A DNA stretch of 63,884 nucleotides, the filler included, from Lenisia limosa (taxonomy: Eukaryota; Protista; Breviatea), in assembly GCA_001655205.1 (NCBI GenBank). It is 6 parts of 6 records of this genome, joined end to end, with 100 filler letters (N's around TTAATTAATTAA, not from the genome) between each part and the next. Parts side by side here need not be neighbours in the genome. Positions count along the whole stretch, not along the records: positions 1 to 31,953 come from LPNZ01007241.1; 5 more parts are not named here. The stretch is one strand, 5' to 3'. Shown here piece after piece: positions 12,401 through 25,739 of the stretch (the stretch's first letter is position 1; each line of letters opens with the position of its first letter). The notes below the pieces were generated by a model. The model saw only the letters and a program-made list of their open reading frames with translations, searched no databases and had not been told where the DNA came from. The position numbers and the translations under genes were made by a program.

Positions 12401-15400
12401 ACTTCTGCCCCACCTACAAATATGACCCTGGGACTGACAATTGGGAATCGTGAGCATGAGAGTGATTTTATAGTTGTCAAGGCGTACCCCCAGCTTTTAT
12501 CAAAGTTTATTTAAGAGTTTTCTTGTCTTATTCGTTCAGCTCGAAGGTTCGCTCACCAGCCTGGTGTGACAGGGTTCTTTTCAAAGGTAAATGAGGATTA
12601 TTTGGTGTTACTCTGTCTTATTGTTNNNNNNNNNNNNNNNNNNNNNNNNNNNNNNNNNNNNNNNNNNNNNNNNNNNNNNNNNNNNNNNNNNNNNNNNNNN
12701 NNNNNNNNNNNNNNNNNNNNNNNNNNNNNNNNNNNNNNNNNNNNNNNNNNNNNNNNNNNNNNNNNNNNNNNNNNNNNNNNNNCCAGTGATCACAAGCCCG
12801 TGTCGGCAAGATTCAAAATTAAAGTCAGCCATTAATATTGAGTCATTCATGGGGATGCCATTCATTTACTTGTGTTTTAAAAACAATAACACGTAACCCC
12901 TACAGTATCGTATGGTACAAGCAGACCAGCAGGAGAGGATCCTCAACGAAATTGTCCGCGATCTCGACGCGTTTGAAAACGAATGGTTAGTATTGACTGC
13001 TTTTTGAAAACGAATGGTTACTACAGAACTTTTTGCATTCGCTTTGGCCCAAAAGACTCGTTGTTCTCATTGTCAAAATAAGCCGAATCACCATAACGAC
13101 TCTTTAGTACACCGGTCGCAACCCTGTCATCCCAACAAGTCACATTCCCACGCGTACGGTTTGGCAACACCAGCAGTAGCGTTCTCACCCTCACCAACAC
13201 TGGAAACGTAAGAGACCGTACAATGAACCATATGCCATTCATGATGTTGAAAGCAAAATATGTGAGTGTTTAATACCTGCAGGTGATGGTGTTTTTCAAG
13301 TTCCTGGAGCGGCCAGATGGGCTTGTGACCCCCCCATGGATCAATATCTTCCCCACAGAAGGGACCATCATTCCGGGTGAAAAGCGAAAGTAGGCCAGAT
13401 GTTGTTTGATGAAAGTGGCTCGTGATAATCTAAATCAGCATCGATCATATCATTTGATGGTTGTTTGGTTCAAAATCATCACAATCAATACGACCGCCAT
13501 GCTCACTCACCACTTATAGTCTCCTCTTTGAGTGCAATCTCTCTGAAGAAAACGTTCAGGAGGCTGCAGAGAAGCGTAGGGGGGACGAAGTACTTCTGCA
13601 TGAGGCCCTCAAAAGACAACTTATTGATGTGGTGGAAAGACACCTTTACACCTCAGACAGCTACACTATGGAGGACATTTTAGTGCTTCATTTGGTCGGA
13701 GGAAAAGACTTCTTCGTTTCCGTAAATGGTGGGGGAGAGGGGGGGGGCTTAAAGTGCCTGAAGGTGAAGGGGAACTGTCTTCAGAATATTGGTTGTTCTC
13801 TCAGATTGTATTAATGACTACATGTTAGAAATACCGTATTCTATGTATCTATGTATCAACCTGGGACTCACGTGATAGCCACGCAACTGCCGACGATAAT
13901 GGGCCGAAGTCTGATTAGTTTGATTACAAATCCCGAGCCGCCACGCCAGCATCGCCAGGATGGCACGGGAAGTAGCGTGTTTGCCCCCGAGGATATGGTA
14001 CGTTTTCCTGAGTCACATCTTTCGATCTATTTTGACAGGATTTTCTATTCGATGTTTAGTATTAATTCCCTTTTGGAACCTGACCCCCCCAGCATGACAC
14101 CAAGGCCAATCGGCGACAAACCATTCGGATCGGCCGCGTGCCAACCCTCGGATTCAAGAGTGAACATGGTGAGGGAATTGAAGAGAGGTATTTCAATAAA
14201 AAAACCACCATTGAGGACAAATTTAAGAAATTGAAAGATGAGTGTTATTGGACATAGCCTTCTTATATTTTTTTATATTAACAGTTCAGTGTTTGGTTTG
14301 GCGTAGTATATAATCGTATCTTGGCATTCTTCACCCCCCCCCNNNNNNNNNNNNNNNNNNNNNNNNNNNNNNNNNNNNNNNNNNNNNNNNNNNNNNNNNN
14401 NNNNNNNNNNNNNNNNNNNAGAAGGCCGACACGTCACCCCCTCAACACGTGACCTCCTTTGCGACAACTCACAACCTTCGTCAGCAAGCCTCATGCCGCC
14501 GGCCGCGGCAGACAAATGGCGTCAAGGCCCGGGCAGAAAGTTCAGTAACATCAAATTACCCGTGGTGTGGGGGTAATAGTAAAAGGATGTCGTCAACAAG
14601 GACTTGTCAGAACTGACTTGGCTCACTATGTAGATATTGACGCGATTGTGTGAGGCAATTCTCAGATCTGACTTTGTTGCAGCAGACTTATTGTTCGAAT
14701 TCGGTGGGGGGGGGGGGAGCATCGAGGTGAAAGGTTAATGCTATTAGGTAATCAGTTTACACTTGCTGACACTGCAGATCGACCACCAAGAGATAGGTGC
14801 TCATTGATCCGAGACTGCATTGACCTGGGTGTGGAGTTCCCGCTCACTCTCTTGCGACCCTCTCCCGAAACCAGTGCTGTGGTGGGAGTGGTACCATTTT
14901 TGGGTCTTGGAACAGTGTTTAGGCTGAGTAATGCGACCATGCTCACTGGACTGATTTTGTAGGTCTGTGAAGACTTCTCATTTGTCCTGATGCAGTGGCT
15001 TGCGTGCTTACCCCAACCAATTATTCCCGAAACACTCTACTTGGTTGGACTTTTTCTTTCTTTTTTCTTTGCTTTGATAATGGTTGCCATATTCTTTTGG
15101 ATGGACAATATCTTCCTCATATTGTGTATTGTGATAATACAGGACTGTATGGAAGGCGCGTTCAAGGACAAGGCTGCTTCGAAGGCTGTCCAGTTTCTTC
15201 CCCACCAGGTACCCTATCACCTTGTTTCACTTTCAATATCAATGATTATTCAATGAGCTAAATTCGCCCATATGCGTCACCCTGTAGCATCGCATGGTCT
15301 TAGTGTATCTCACCTCCTTCTTGAACTTCATCTGTCAAAACAGCAGTCACAAGGTGCCTGACATTGGTGGGTCCGCACATAGAGCCAACATGGGCATCAA

Positions 15401-15726
15401 TGAGTATTTAGTGTGTAGTCCCTTTCAATTAGCTACAAACAGTGCAAGGGTATTGAATTGGCCAACTCACGATTTCAGCCATGAAGTTCGGTAACGAGTT
15501 GTTCCGAGGGCCGACCGACGGCAGCAACACGATGAGGAAGGCTGTGTTTATGGCCCATTTCATCAACGACAACAGTTTAATTGCTGAAGGTGTAATGTAG
15601 GTTAGTTTTTGGTTTTGATGTATTTATTGTATTGTAGTCACTTTCGAGTGAAGGTCTGATTTGTTTTTGTTTACGTGAGAATTGTGGAATTACCCATTTT
15701 CAGGCCTTGAAAGCACACGATATTGA
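9459..15726 (+). CDS. OCRL: OCRL/INPP5B-type inositol polyphosphate 5-phosphatase (PH-like, 5-phosphatase, ASH and RhoGAP-like regions)
   Basis: Motifs RLFVGTWNVNGK, LFVLGFQETDLSAEAFL, FINSHLAAH, LFWLGDLNYRI, FCPTYKYDPGTD, PAWCDRVLFK, SDHKPVSARF, ILVLHLVGGKDFFVSV, LIRDCIDLG and WLACLPQPIIP. The start and the last exon (stop TGA 15724-15726) are inferred. Confidence 0.9.
11018..11090. mobile_element. Degenerate remnant of MITE family 1 in an OCRL intron
   Basis: ggggttcacttcggt (type-A TIR) plus actgaattactt, also seen in the copy at 61831. Begins ~6 nt after donor GT 11012. Confidence 0.55.
11987..12097. repeat. 37-nt x3 tandem repeat in an OCRL intron
   Basis: aggagcatgggtcaatatacaactaatgtagtgcttc at 11987, 12024 and 12061, directly after donor GT 11985. 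Confidence 0.95.
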
Positions 15727-15883
15727 GAGAGGGAAACTGGTTTTAACAAAGAGCCTTCAAAACCCAATAGACTATGAAAGCAGCCCGTTGTAGACTTCAA
15801 ATCCATCATAATCATATCTAATAAATAAGTAATACACACTACCACTACTAAACCACCACAATTAAAATACCAAACACCAATCA

Positions 15884-18800
15884 CTAGACCGTCTCTGTTG
15901 CCACTAAAGGTTCATCCTTTTGTTCAGCGGTTTCCTCTTCTGGACTTTCCTCTTTTGGACTTTCCTCTTCTGGACTGTCCTCTTTCGGGAGTTCGTCAAT
16001 CGTCTCCTTTTGAGGCTCCTGATTTTCCTCGACTGTGGCTGTTTCTGGAGTGTAACACAGAATGTGCAAAGCTACTGATAGTTATCTCTGACTGAAGCCT
16101 AAAGCCGACCATTATCTTGACTCAAGTTATCTGTCGATCCGAGAGCCTTATCAGCTGCGAGGTGAGGCGGAGTCAGCAAAAATGATCAGCAGAGTTGCTT
16201 GGAACATACCCAATTTATTCGATTCGTTGAAGAGCTCCTGAGACTCATCACATTGTTTGAGGAGGCTGGCAACGTATCCTTGTTTTGAGCCCTAAAAGAT
16301 TACGACGCAACGGGGTGGAGGCTGAAGGCAATGAAGGGTGAATGTGCGAAGGGCTGCAAACCTCCTCCTGTTGTTTGTGGTACTTCCTCAGTAATTGACG
16401 GACGGTTTCAACGGCACTTTCAGCCTCAGCGTTCTACCAGGTCAAAACAGAAACACGGAAGGAGTGTCTTGATTTTAATGCAGACGACCACGACCATCGC
16501 ACCCTCATAAGTTGCTCCTCGCCCTCCTCTCTCTCTACACGCATCATCTCGTTCCTCTTCACTGCTTCTGCCTGAAGTCTTGCTTGCTCCTTGATCAGGG
16601 ACTGGGGGAGGGGTAAATGTAAAAAATTTAAGGAGAAAAGACAGCATTCCTATAAATAGGTGGTAAAAAAAGTTCTTTAGCCCCAAAAGTCACCTGTTGG
16701 ACACTCTCCTCCTGGTCCAGAATGCGGACCACTTCGGACCGCACAAGGCTGCCGATCCATGACACGTTCGAGGCTCTCGAGATTTCAGCCTCAAAAACAC
16801 AGAGTGGAATACTGGGGTCATCGTCCTGGTGGTCAGCAAGGAACAGCCAGTTATTTTCCACTACTTTCCATTGATATCGTAAGTTAACAGGGGGGACAAC
16901 AGCCTCAATGAAACCCCCAAACAGGGGGGACAACAGCCTCAAAGAAACCCNNNNNNNNNNNNNNNNNNNNNNNNNNNNNNNNNNNNNNNNNNNNNNNNNN
17001 NNNNNNNNNNNNNNNNNNNNNNNNNNNNNNNNNNNNNNNNNNNNNNNNNNNNNNNNNNNNNNNNNNNNNNNNNNNNNNNNNNNNNNNNNNNNNNNNNNNN
17101 NNNNNNNNNNNNNNNNNNNNNNNNNNNNNNNNNNNNNNNNNNNNNNNNNNNNNNNNNNNNNNNNNNNNNNNNNNNNTTCTTCTTCTCTTTTCTCAGTTCA
17201 TTAGAGCGCGGCGTGCCGGGAGACTCGGGGGTGAACGGGGTTTCAGGAGTGGCTAAATCGTCAGTACCATCAGCATCAGACCAAATCTCTCAAACAATCA
17301 GCCAACCCCGTGAAATGCACCTTTAGATGGAGGGTACACTACCTACCTGGAGTTGGGGGGGTTTCGGGTGTCATGGGGAGGGGGGATGGCTTTATGGGAG
17401 TGCCTGGCGGAGTACTGCCGGGCGTGATAGGGGGCAGATTGACGCAGGACAGTCGCCTGGAGTATTAATAACTGCTGTCACCTAAGCTAATGGGCTTCTG
17501 TATGACATCTTTTGTCATTTCTAATTAAAGAAAAGTTGTCACAATCATCCCAATTCGCAATACGAAATGTAATGATACTATGCAACCCCTCCCACATTGA
17601 CCCCCTCTTGGACTTGCTCAGAGACTCCAAAGAGAAGATTGGCGACTTGTCGGGCATTTTGCCGTAGGGGGCCAGACGCGGCAGGTGACTGTTCCTCTCG
17701 AACACGCGAAGGAGGCAGGCTTGGGGGGGGTTATCAAGATATCAACTCTGTTGGCTGAATGTCTCATTGACTTATGAAATTGAACGGAAAATTTGCGACT
17801 AAAAAACGAAATTTCCATTAATGTTGATGATTAAACGCGAAAGGATCCGGCTCACAATGCTGTTCATCACGATACGGAAGAGGACCGACTTGGAAGAGGT
17901 GATCCGTGAGGTTGTAGGAGGCCACGGGAGGCTTGAACGGCTGGATCGTAACCAGGAGGGCTGATGATGGAGTGTATTGAAAAAAACAGATACTTCAGAT
18001 ATCACTCCATTAGCAGACACAAAACCCAAAGCACTTCCACTCACATCGTGGGATCGTGGGGGGAGGGGGTGGTGGTAGAGAACAGCCAAGCATTAGGATA
18101 TTATAGTCTGACACTCTTAAACCGACATATTTTGGGTGTAGAGCAAGATGATGGATTCAATACCCCCCCACCTTTGTAATGACGTGGATCCCATGGTTAT
18201 TAAGAGCAACGGTACCGAATCGCTCCTTCCATCTTCCTCGTTTCACATCGTCCATCAGAACTCTACACAACATAAATGATGATCAGCGCTTGTTGTTTTA
18301 GCCTCAAACCAGAGCCCTAGGTTTTATTTTGAACAATGACAAGTTAACCCTCCGAACATATGATTTCCGCAACCAATCCGACCTAGTGAAACACTCTGGC
18401 ATATAGGTGGCAGCGAAGGCGGGAGACTTGGCACACTCGGCAACAAAGAAGGGCTTGAGGATGCGGGCTGACTTATGGTACACAAGCTCAGAGAGGTAGG
18501 CGTCCGCAACCGCATCTGAAGGTCAGAACGCAGGCTTGGTGAGGCATGATTGGAGCAGCCCTCCACGTATCAATGATTGGAGCAGCCCCTCACTTATCCA
18601 GGGCTTCAGGCCTCCAGTGAGCTTGATGAGGTGGGGTGGGATGCCTATGGAGTCTGGGTCGTGCTTGACTTTTTGACTGATTTCCGCTCGCGCTAAATTG
18701 TCAGTTTAGACCCACGTTCTCGGTAGTATTCGTCACAATTCGATAAGAAAAGTCGTCTTTTTAGACCGCAGCGTCCCACTACAGCCTACTCATTCCCTTG

Positions 18801-20103
18801 GACTCATGGTGGGGGTCCTCCAGGGCGATGCTCAGAGCAACAAGACGAGCGTAGTGGTCCACATCCTTCCGGCTCGTCATCAGACCTGTGTGATCAGTTC
18901 CTGATAAGACGGAAAGTGCTCGCAAACCTAAGTAACCATAGGGGAAGACCAGCCGCAATTCAGAGCAAATCAGCCCCACTGTCTTCAGGGATAAGAGTGA
19001 TACAATGAAAATATAACTTGACATTACTTTGTCTTATTCAAGAAATACTAGATTTCTTGAGGTTCGATAAGATACGTATTAATATGGAAATTGGGAAGCT
19101 TTCTTTAGCCAGAAAATCCGATTCAACGCTCACCTCTTGGGCCTTGATTTTCCTGATCTCAGCAGCATCCACAGCAGGGGCGATGCGAATGATGAGAACG
19201 TTCTCATTAGTGGCGAGGCAGCCCTTCTTCTTTGACACCGCCGGCATTGTCGGGTCGTGAAGGCGATCATTGATCCGCTCATTTGGGTCTAAGGGCCGGG
19301 AGTAGAGTGGAAGCTCCTACANNNNNNNNNNNNNNNNNNNNNNNNNNNNNNNNNNNNNNNNNNNNNNNNNNNNNNNNNNNNNNNNNNNNTGTCAACAACA
19401 TCACTTCTCCTCGTGTGGGATAGATACAAATAGTAATGAGGTAAGTTCCCGCCTATTAATAGTTGGCCTGAAGGAAACAATTAATAGCACTATTAATTTG
19501 AATATGAAAAAAAAATAATCTCAAATCACAACAACTAATAGCAAATAAGAAAAGCGAATTATCATAGTACAAGAGCTTTGCTGCTTGGAACACACCTTGA
19601 TATGCTCCGGGGCTGGGCTCAACACCTCACACATCCAAAGTGAGAACAGTTTGATGTGTTCAATTGGGATGCCATAGCCCCTCAGGAAGCGCTGGCATAT
19701 TTCCTTGGCCGTGTCTGTGGATGAATACGACACATCGTCGGCGTAATCGCTGAAGAGATAGATGCGGACTTCTTGCGAGACGCTTTGTTGGATTGGAACC
19801 AGAATGGAGGGTCTTCTCCCAGCAACTCCAGACACTGACATTGTAAGTGGTAATAGCTAAAACAAATACAGAAACATTTTAGAAGATGGAGACTGATAAT
19901 CGATTGTGTTCAAGGTGAATGAAACAAAAAACAAAAAAAAACGCGCGGGGAACGGAAAGAAATATCACAGTATTATAAAAAAAGCAAGTCTAACCAAATG
20001 CAGTAACATTCCATTGAATTAACAGGATTAGCCTACACGGAGTAGACGGCGATCCAGGGGTTGATGGACTTTTCGTTGCGGTGATTGGCGAGGAGGTCGC
20101 CAT
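15884..20103 (-). CDS. FERM-domain-like protein with Pro-rich linker, coiled coil and acidic tail
   Basis: Exon 1 MATSSPITATKSP joins in frame to VRIYLFSDYADDVSYSSTDTAKEICQRFLRGYGIPIEHIKLFSLW (ubiquitin-like lobe). Later exons give LVFPYG...SRKDVDHYARLVALSIALEDP and FVAECAKSPAFAATY (B-lobe-like), then coiled-coil exons and EESPKEESPEEE...ATETV*. Confidence 0.6.
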
Positions 20104-20326
20104 CTTGGCGGCAGGTCTGTTTACCGCCTCTTAGCCGCTTAAACCCGTTGTTTGGGTAAACTTAATTGCTTTTCAAGGGAAGAAGGTTTCAGAAGGGGCT
20201 TTGTCAAGAAATAATAAGAGTTGACTTTCTCAGGAATCTCTCTTCATTCACTATTTTTCTATTTTCTATTATTTTTCAAATAATTATATAAAGACGCAAA
20301 AAGACAAAAAAGAAAATGAATATTCT

Positions 20327-20869
20327 ATGGAAACTTGGGGCTCCATTGAACCAGGTTCCATTGTGTAAAGCAAATTGGCACCATTGCACCAATACAGCCC
20401 ATATACGTAAAAAAACATTAGTTGTTGCTGTTGATTTACCACTAGGTCTTTAAAACTATTCTTTGTTGTTCTTGCCTTTCTTCCCTCAGGCACTCCCTGT
20501 GGGCTTTGGCCCCTCACCATGGAAGATGAGGCTTTCTTTGAGTCGTATGAAGAGATCCTGAAGCGTAAGCAGGCTTCCCTCTTCCGCTGTTTGGAGTTGC
20601 GATATCAGCATTTCGGTCTAAAGATGATGAGATTTGGTGAACTGGATTNNNNNNNNNNNNNNNNNNNNNNNNNNNNNNNNNNNNNNNNNNNNNNNNNNNN
20701 NNNNNNNNNNNNNNNNNNNNNNNNNNNNNNNNNNNNNNNNNNNNNNNNNNNNNNNNNNNNNNNNNNNNNNNNNNNNNNNNNNNNNNNNNNNNNNNNNNNN
20801 NNNNNNNNNNNNNNNNNNNNNNNNNNNNNNNNNNNNNNNNNNNNNNNNNNNNNNNNNNNNNNNNNNNNG

Positions 20870-20961
<92 letters not shown>

Positions 20962-23900
20962 CAAACGGTTGTCCTTTCAATGTTCAGGCTGGCGAGGCTG
21001 AAGGCAGTGGAACCGCCAACAACCCCATTGTAGTGGACGATGGAGAGGACGGAGAAGACGTGGGAGGGCTGATTGCTAATGCCATGGCCACGTTCTGTGA
21101 TTTGCTAATGCCATTGCCACGTTCTGTGATTCGCCTTTACCCCTTAGTTGGATGCGGCAGAGGCCTTGAGTCAGGACGAGGACGAAGAAGAGGACGACTT
21201 CATGGAGGACGAGGTTTGCCAGTGACTTTCTTCAACTCCACCCATCCTTCCTGTCACTTCTCATTTGTAGTCTAAGAAGGAGCAAAGAGAAGAAGTTTTC
21301 GTTGCTTTAGACCCTTCGGACTTAAGTCTCCTGTATGCTGAGGGGGNNNNNNNNNNNNNNNNNNNNNNNNNNNNNNNNNNNNNNNNNNNNNNNNNNNNNN
21401 NNNNNNNNNNNNNNNNNNNNNNNNNNNNNNNNNNNNNNNNNNNNNNNNNNNNNNNNNNGCAAATATTGAGTCATACTGGAGTCAATTGGATAAGGCTATT
21501 CTGATGAGCCTTTTGCTTACATAGTGACAGGGCCACTCCGGCTGTAACAGTTCCTCCAAAACCGAGGAAAAAGAAGGCCAGCAAGACTCCATCACCAGGT
21601 TAGCTGACATGAATGTTCAAATGGGAAATTGCTCTTTTTATTTTTTTGTGATTTGGAAGTAGCGATTCTTACCTGGTTTAGAGCTGAAAGCGGTCAAGAT
21701 GGACAAGAAAAAAGACAAATCAGCAGCATCATCATCCACAGCGCCACAACCCGAGACTAAGGTACATTTAATTATATGTACTGGGCTCATATTTCTTGCA
21801 TGATTAACACCCACACAGGCGGCAGCCAAGAACGTGAAACCTGCTGGCGATATTGCGTCAGGTGAGCTTTCATTTGGCTTCTATCTAAGATATGCACACA
21901 ATGTCCTACAAAGTGTACGCCCACAGCGTTGTTTTATTTGCGGTAGGAATGGCGTCTGCACTCTCAAAATCCTCGGAGGTGTCAACTTCAGCACCGTTGG
22001 AAGCTTATTCGTTCAGCTCACCGCCACTTCCGACCATTGCCAACATCGTCAAAACAACAAAAGAGAAAGCTCCGTATGATTAAGTATTATCCATTTGGTG
22101 GTGTGTTAAGCCTTTTACTATTTAGATCCTCCCCAAAGAAGCCTCCTGTCACTGTTTATTTCGACAGCAAAGTGAGTCCCAGCAAAGCCACCCATCACTT
22201 TGTTAATGAAGCAAGAGGAAATAATATCCAACTAATGAATAATACACCGCTCAAATCCAGTTCACCAAATCTCATCATCTTTAGACCGAAATGCTGATAT
22301 CGCAACTCCAAACTGAATGGACCAGTGGGAGGGCAGTGTTGGGAGCCTCAAGTACAGTCTAACAATCCAGAGTTATTTGGAGGAGAGGAACTGAAGAGAT
22401 GGCCTGAGGGACGTGACAAGCCTCTTTCAAAGCTACTGGTGTTTGGGACTTCTTTATTATCCGATATTTATCAGTAATTTGCTCTTAGTTTGCATGGAAA
22501 ACGATACCAATGCGTATGACTCTTCCTGACTGCTCAGTATGATCTGTACCTTNNNNNNNNNNNNNNNNNNNNNNNNNNNNNNNNNNNNNNNNNNNNNNNN
22601 NNNNNNNNNNNNNNNNNNNNNNNNNNNNNNNNNNNNNNNNNNNNNNNNNNNNNNNNNNNNNNNNNNNNNNNNNNNNNNNNNNNNNNNNNNNNNNNNNNNN
22701 NNNNNNNNNNNNNNNNNNNNNNNNNNNNNNNNNNNNNNNNNNNNNNNNNNNNNNNNNNNNNNNNNGGCTACATTTCAGCTTCTGACCTCTAGACCCCGAG
22801 GCAGTGCCTGTAGTTGAGGGCAAATACCGCACTGGCTTCATTGAGAGAATCAAGACTGCAACCAAACTGAGTTCTGATAGTATCAGAGTGAGTGAAAATT
22901 ACCAGATGAATACTAATCACTCCCCTGCAATCATGCGTTTTTAGTTTGCTTTTGATCTTTTATTAGGAGGAAACACAAAGTTTCTTTTCTCCTGACCTTT
23001 GCTCATATGACCAGAAACACATGGAGCTTTTGTACAATGAAAAGAGAGTCGTTTTCCTCACTAGCACCCACCAGAACAGGTTTGAATTCGATTACTTTTG
23101 GAAGCTCCTATTGTTTGCACAGGCAACTTGGTATTATCTAAGGTACCGTCCTATTAATAGTTCCCACTGAAAAAGTCTAACTACTAATAAAATACTAATA
23201 ATAGCAGCTATTAATAGCTATTAATGCTATTATATTATTCTGGACCTGACCTTTAAGGCTTGATGCGTTGACAACTATGGCCGACAAGCAGCGAGACGTT
23301 TTTGTGAGCATCGTATTTTGTTTATCCAATAATGATGTAAACTGATCTGTTTTTGATAATATCTCATGGTGTAGGAGAACGCCGATTTAGAATACGAGGT
23401 CCTTTTCAATGCCTTTACCTCAGAGGTTTGTAAATGAACTGTTGTATATTGTAAACTTAACTTTGCCTTTTATTGTGTTCAGTTAAAATTCTTAACGTTC
23501 CTCTTTACCTCACCCTCATATTTATTTGCTCTATTTGGAATTCAGATCATTTGTTGTGTATCTACGTGGATATTCATCATCGAAATTCCCTTCGTTTTAC
23601 CTCCCCTCCAGAAAGAAGAATGTGATATGGAGAATAGTCGACACGATGGAGTGGAAGGCTATGTCCCTGTGAAACCTAAAGGTATGATACTGGGTAGCCT
23701 TAACACTGTTCCCATATTACATATTATAATATATAGTATAGCTATTTCCATTCACATGTTGCCGTTTTTATTCTGCAGCTAAAAAACCGAAGAAGAAAAT
23801 GATTCCCTCTGACATTATCATGGCCCTAGGAGTGTACATTATCTGCCTGGAGGAGCTGCGGCAGCTAAAGTTGGACACCTATTCGCAGAATTGTCTTATT

Positions 23901-25385
23901 TTTTAGTGCCATCGACGACGAGATTCAGAGCCAAAAAACCTCCGAGGTTCGTTTATCTTCCATCATCTCCTTGGCGTACCTCTTCCACCCTCTGACCAAC
24001 TAGGCACTTAGGATATGGTCTCGGTTCAGCACCAAAAACGTGGAAAGGTGGAAGCAACGAACAGAGAAGAGGCGAAGGGAGATGGCCGAAAAAGCTCGAG
24101 TGGAGCTGGCGAAGAGGAAACCAACTCGATTTGCAAAAGTGGGATCTTGAACCTCAAAAATGACTATTTTGACTTTTCATTTTCCACAAATATTAATTTT
24201 ATCAGCGTCTTAAGTCCCCGGTCAGGAAACCAAAAAAACCTCTTGTCTTTCCAACGCAACCCCAACTGCCCTTCCCCACTCACTCATTGGTCTGCAGGGT
24301 TACGTGCTTTTGATCAATTTGCTTACTGGATTTTTTCTGGAGCTGTCATTGCATTAACTGCTTGAGTCCTTACTTCGCAGCCACCCATAAAGCCCATCAC
24401 TGTCTCCAACAGCCACCAGTTTACTGTTCCTGGGGTGAGCCTCATTCATGACGCTCATATTATGGGAAATACCCCCTCTCTCTCTCTCTCTCCCTGATGG
24501 AGTGATGGAATGCGGTGCTGCGGAANNNNNNNNNNNNNNNNNNNNNNNNNNNNNNNNNNNNNNNNNNNNNNNNNNNNNNNNNNNNNNNNNNNNNNNNNNN
24601 NNNNNNNNNNNNNNNNNNNNNNNNNNNNNNNNNNNNNNNNNNNNNNNNNNNNNNNNNNNNNNNNNNNNNTTGACTCCTTCCCCTCCTTCTCTAGCAGTAG
24701 GCTTGCTCTTCCACACTCCGTCACATTTACTAAACCGTGGTGACCGTCTCCGTCACATAAATACTGTACATACATTTTCCAAACCGTGGTGACTGTCTCC
24801 GTCACATAAATACTGTACAGACATTTTCCAAACTTTAGTGACTGTCTTGACAATAGAGTTTATGAGTTGTATGCTTTGTACTATGAGGCTTACTCTTTGT
24901 CAAACAAGTTAGTATACTCTCACTATTATCGGGACAAAATGACAGATTATATAATCGTATCTACTTTATTTTTTCGATGGTGAACATAATACACACATTA
25001 TTCCCTCTTCAACTCTTTGCACATTCAACATTCCCAGATCCCACAACCCCTCCAAGCCCTTCCCCTTGCTCCACGAGTGCCAGAAGCCCCCATCGCTCCT
25101 CCAGTCCCCCAGCCCGTCCCGGTCAGCAGCGCCTTGGTTGTGCCGTCTCACCGCCAAGCCCCCATCGCTCCTCCAGTCCTCCAGCCCGTCCCGGTCAGCA
25201 GCGCCTTGGTTGTGCCGTCTCACCGCCAAGCCCCAATTGCGCCAGCGCCAATTGGTTCCTTCCGTCCAATGCCTGTCTGCTGGGAGAGTGGTCATTGTCG
25301 TTGAACTTGTTATTTTATTATTTCTTACCAATCATTTCAACATTTCTCTCTTACTAATGTTATCAGTGAATACCACACAGAGTAA
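20327..25385 (+). CDS. Hypothetical multi-exon protein (acidic/Lys-rich N-terminus, helical core, Pro-rich C-terminus)
   Basis: About 20 GT-AG-bounded open exons, e.g. EDEAFFESYEEILK, KHMELLYNEKRVVFLTSTHQNRFEFDYFWKLLLFAQATWYYLR, ALRIWSRFSTKNVERWKQRTEKRRREMAEKAR, IPQPLQALP...VCWE-SEYHTE*. The start codon is uncertain and I recognise no family. Confidence 0.55.
20869..20958. repeat. (GTCT)n/(CT)n microsatellite
   Basis: Seen directly, next to an N gap. Confidence 0.95.
24737..24850. repeat. ~50-nt intronic tandem duplication
   Basis: gtggtgacYgtctccgtcacataaatactgtacaKacattttccaaac occurs twice, plus a partial third copy. Confidence 0.85.
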
Positions 25386-25739
25386 TACAGTTTTTTCAAC
25401 ATCATTCATCATATCTAGCTACGAGCTAGTTACAGTCTATTTCCCACTCAAGTTTTCAGATACCTCAAGTCCAGCCTCCTGTGAGCTTCGGGTTCACGAT
25501 AGCTACTCAGCCCCCTTCTTAGATTGTATGTTAGTTGTATATTACTGTGTAGTATGGAATGTTTCAGATTTATCTCTTTCTATTCATCAATTCAGTAACG
25601 ATAGGTTGAAATGAGATAATTTAACAAGATTACCAGGAAAGAGATACAAAAAAAAAAAACAATGCAGAAGTATATCAAAAAACACAACAACTCAACGTTG
25701 CAAAGAAGAAAGAGGTAAAGTACAAAACATAGTAGATCT

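Noticed and set aside
14400-14720. Loss of the arginine finger in the OCRL RhoGAP-like domain
   Set aside because: Exon phases here are ambiguous and next to an N gap, so the residue cannot be assigned. Loss is in any case already known for the OCRL family.
20519-21275. Long ORFs in the six-frame track containing X runs or LS/ER dipeptide repeats
   Set aside because: They are artefacts of N gaps and a (CT)n microsatellite; the real coding sequence is split into short exons.
23015-23145. Apparent in-frame TAA suggesting TAA/TAG = Gln recoding
   Set aside because: It disappears when 23089-23122 is read as exon (HQNRFEFDYFWKLLLFAQATWYYLR). Conserved genes here end in TAG, TAA and TGA, so the standard code fits.
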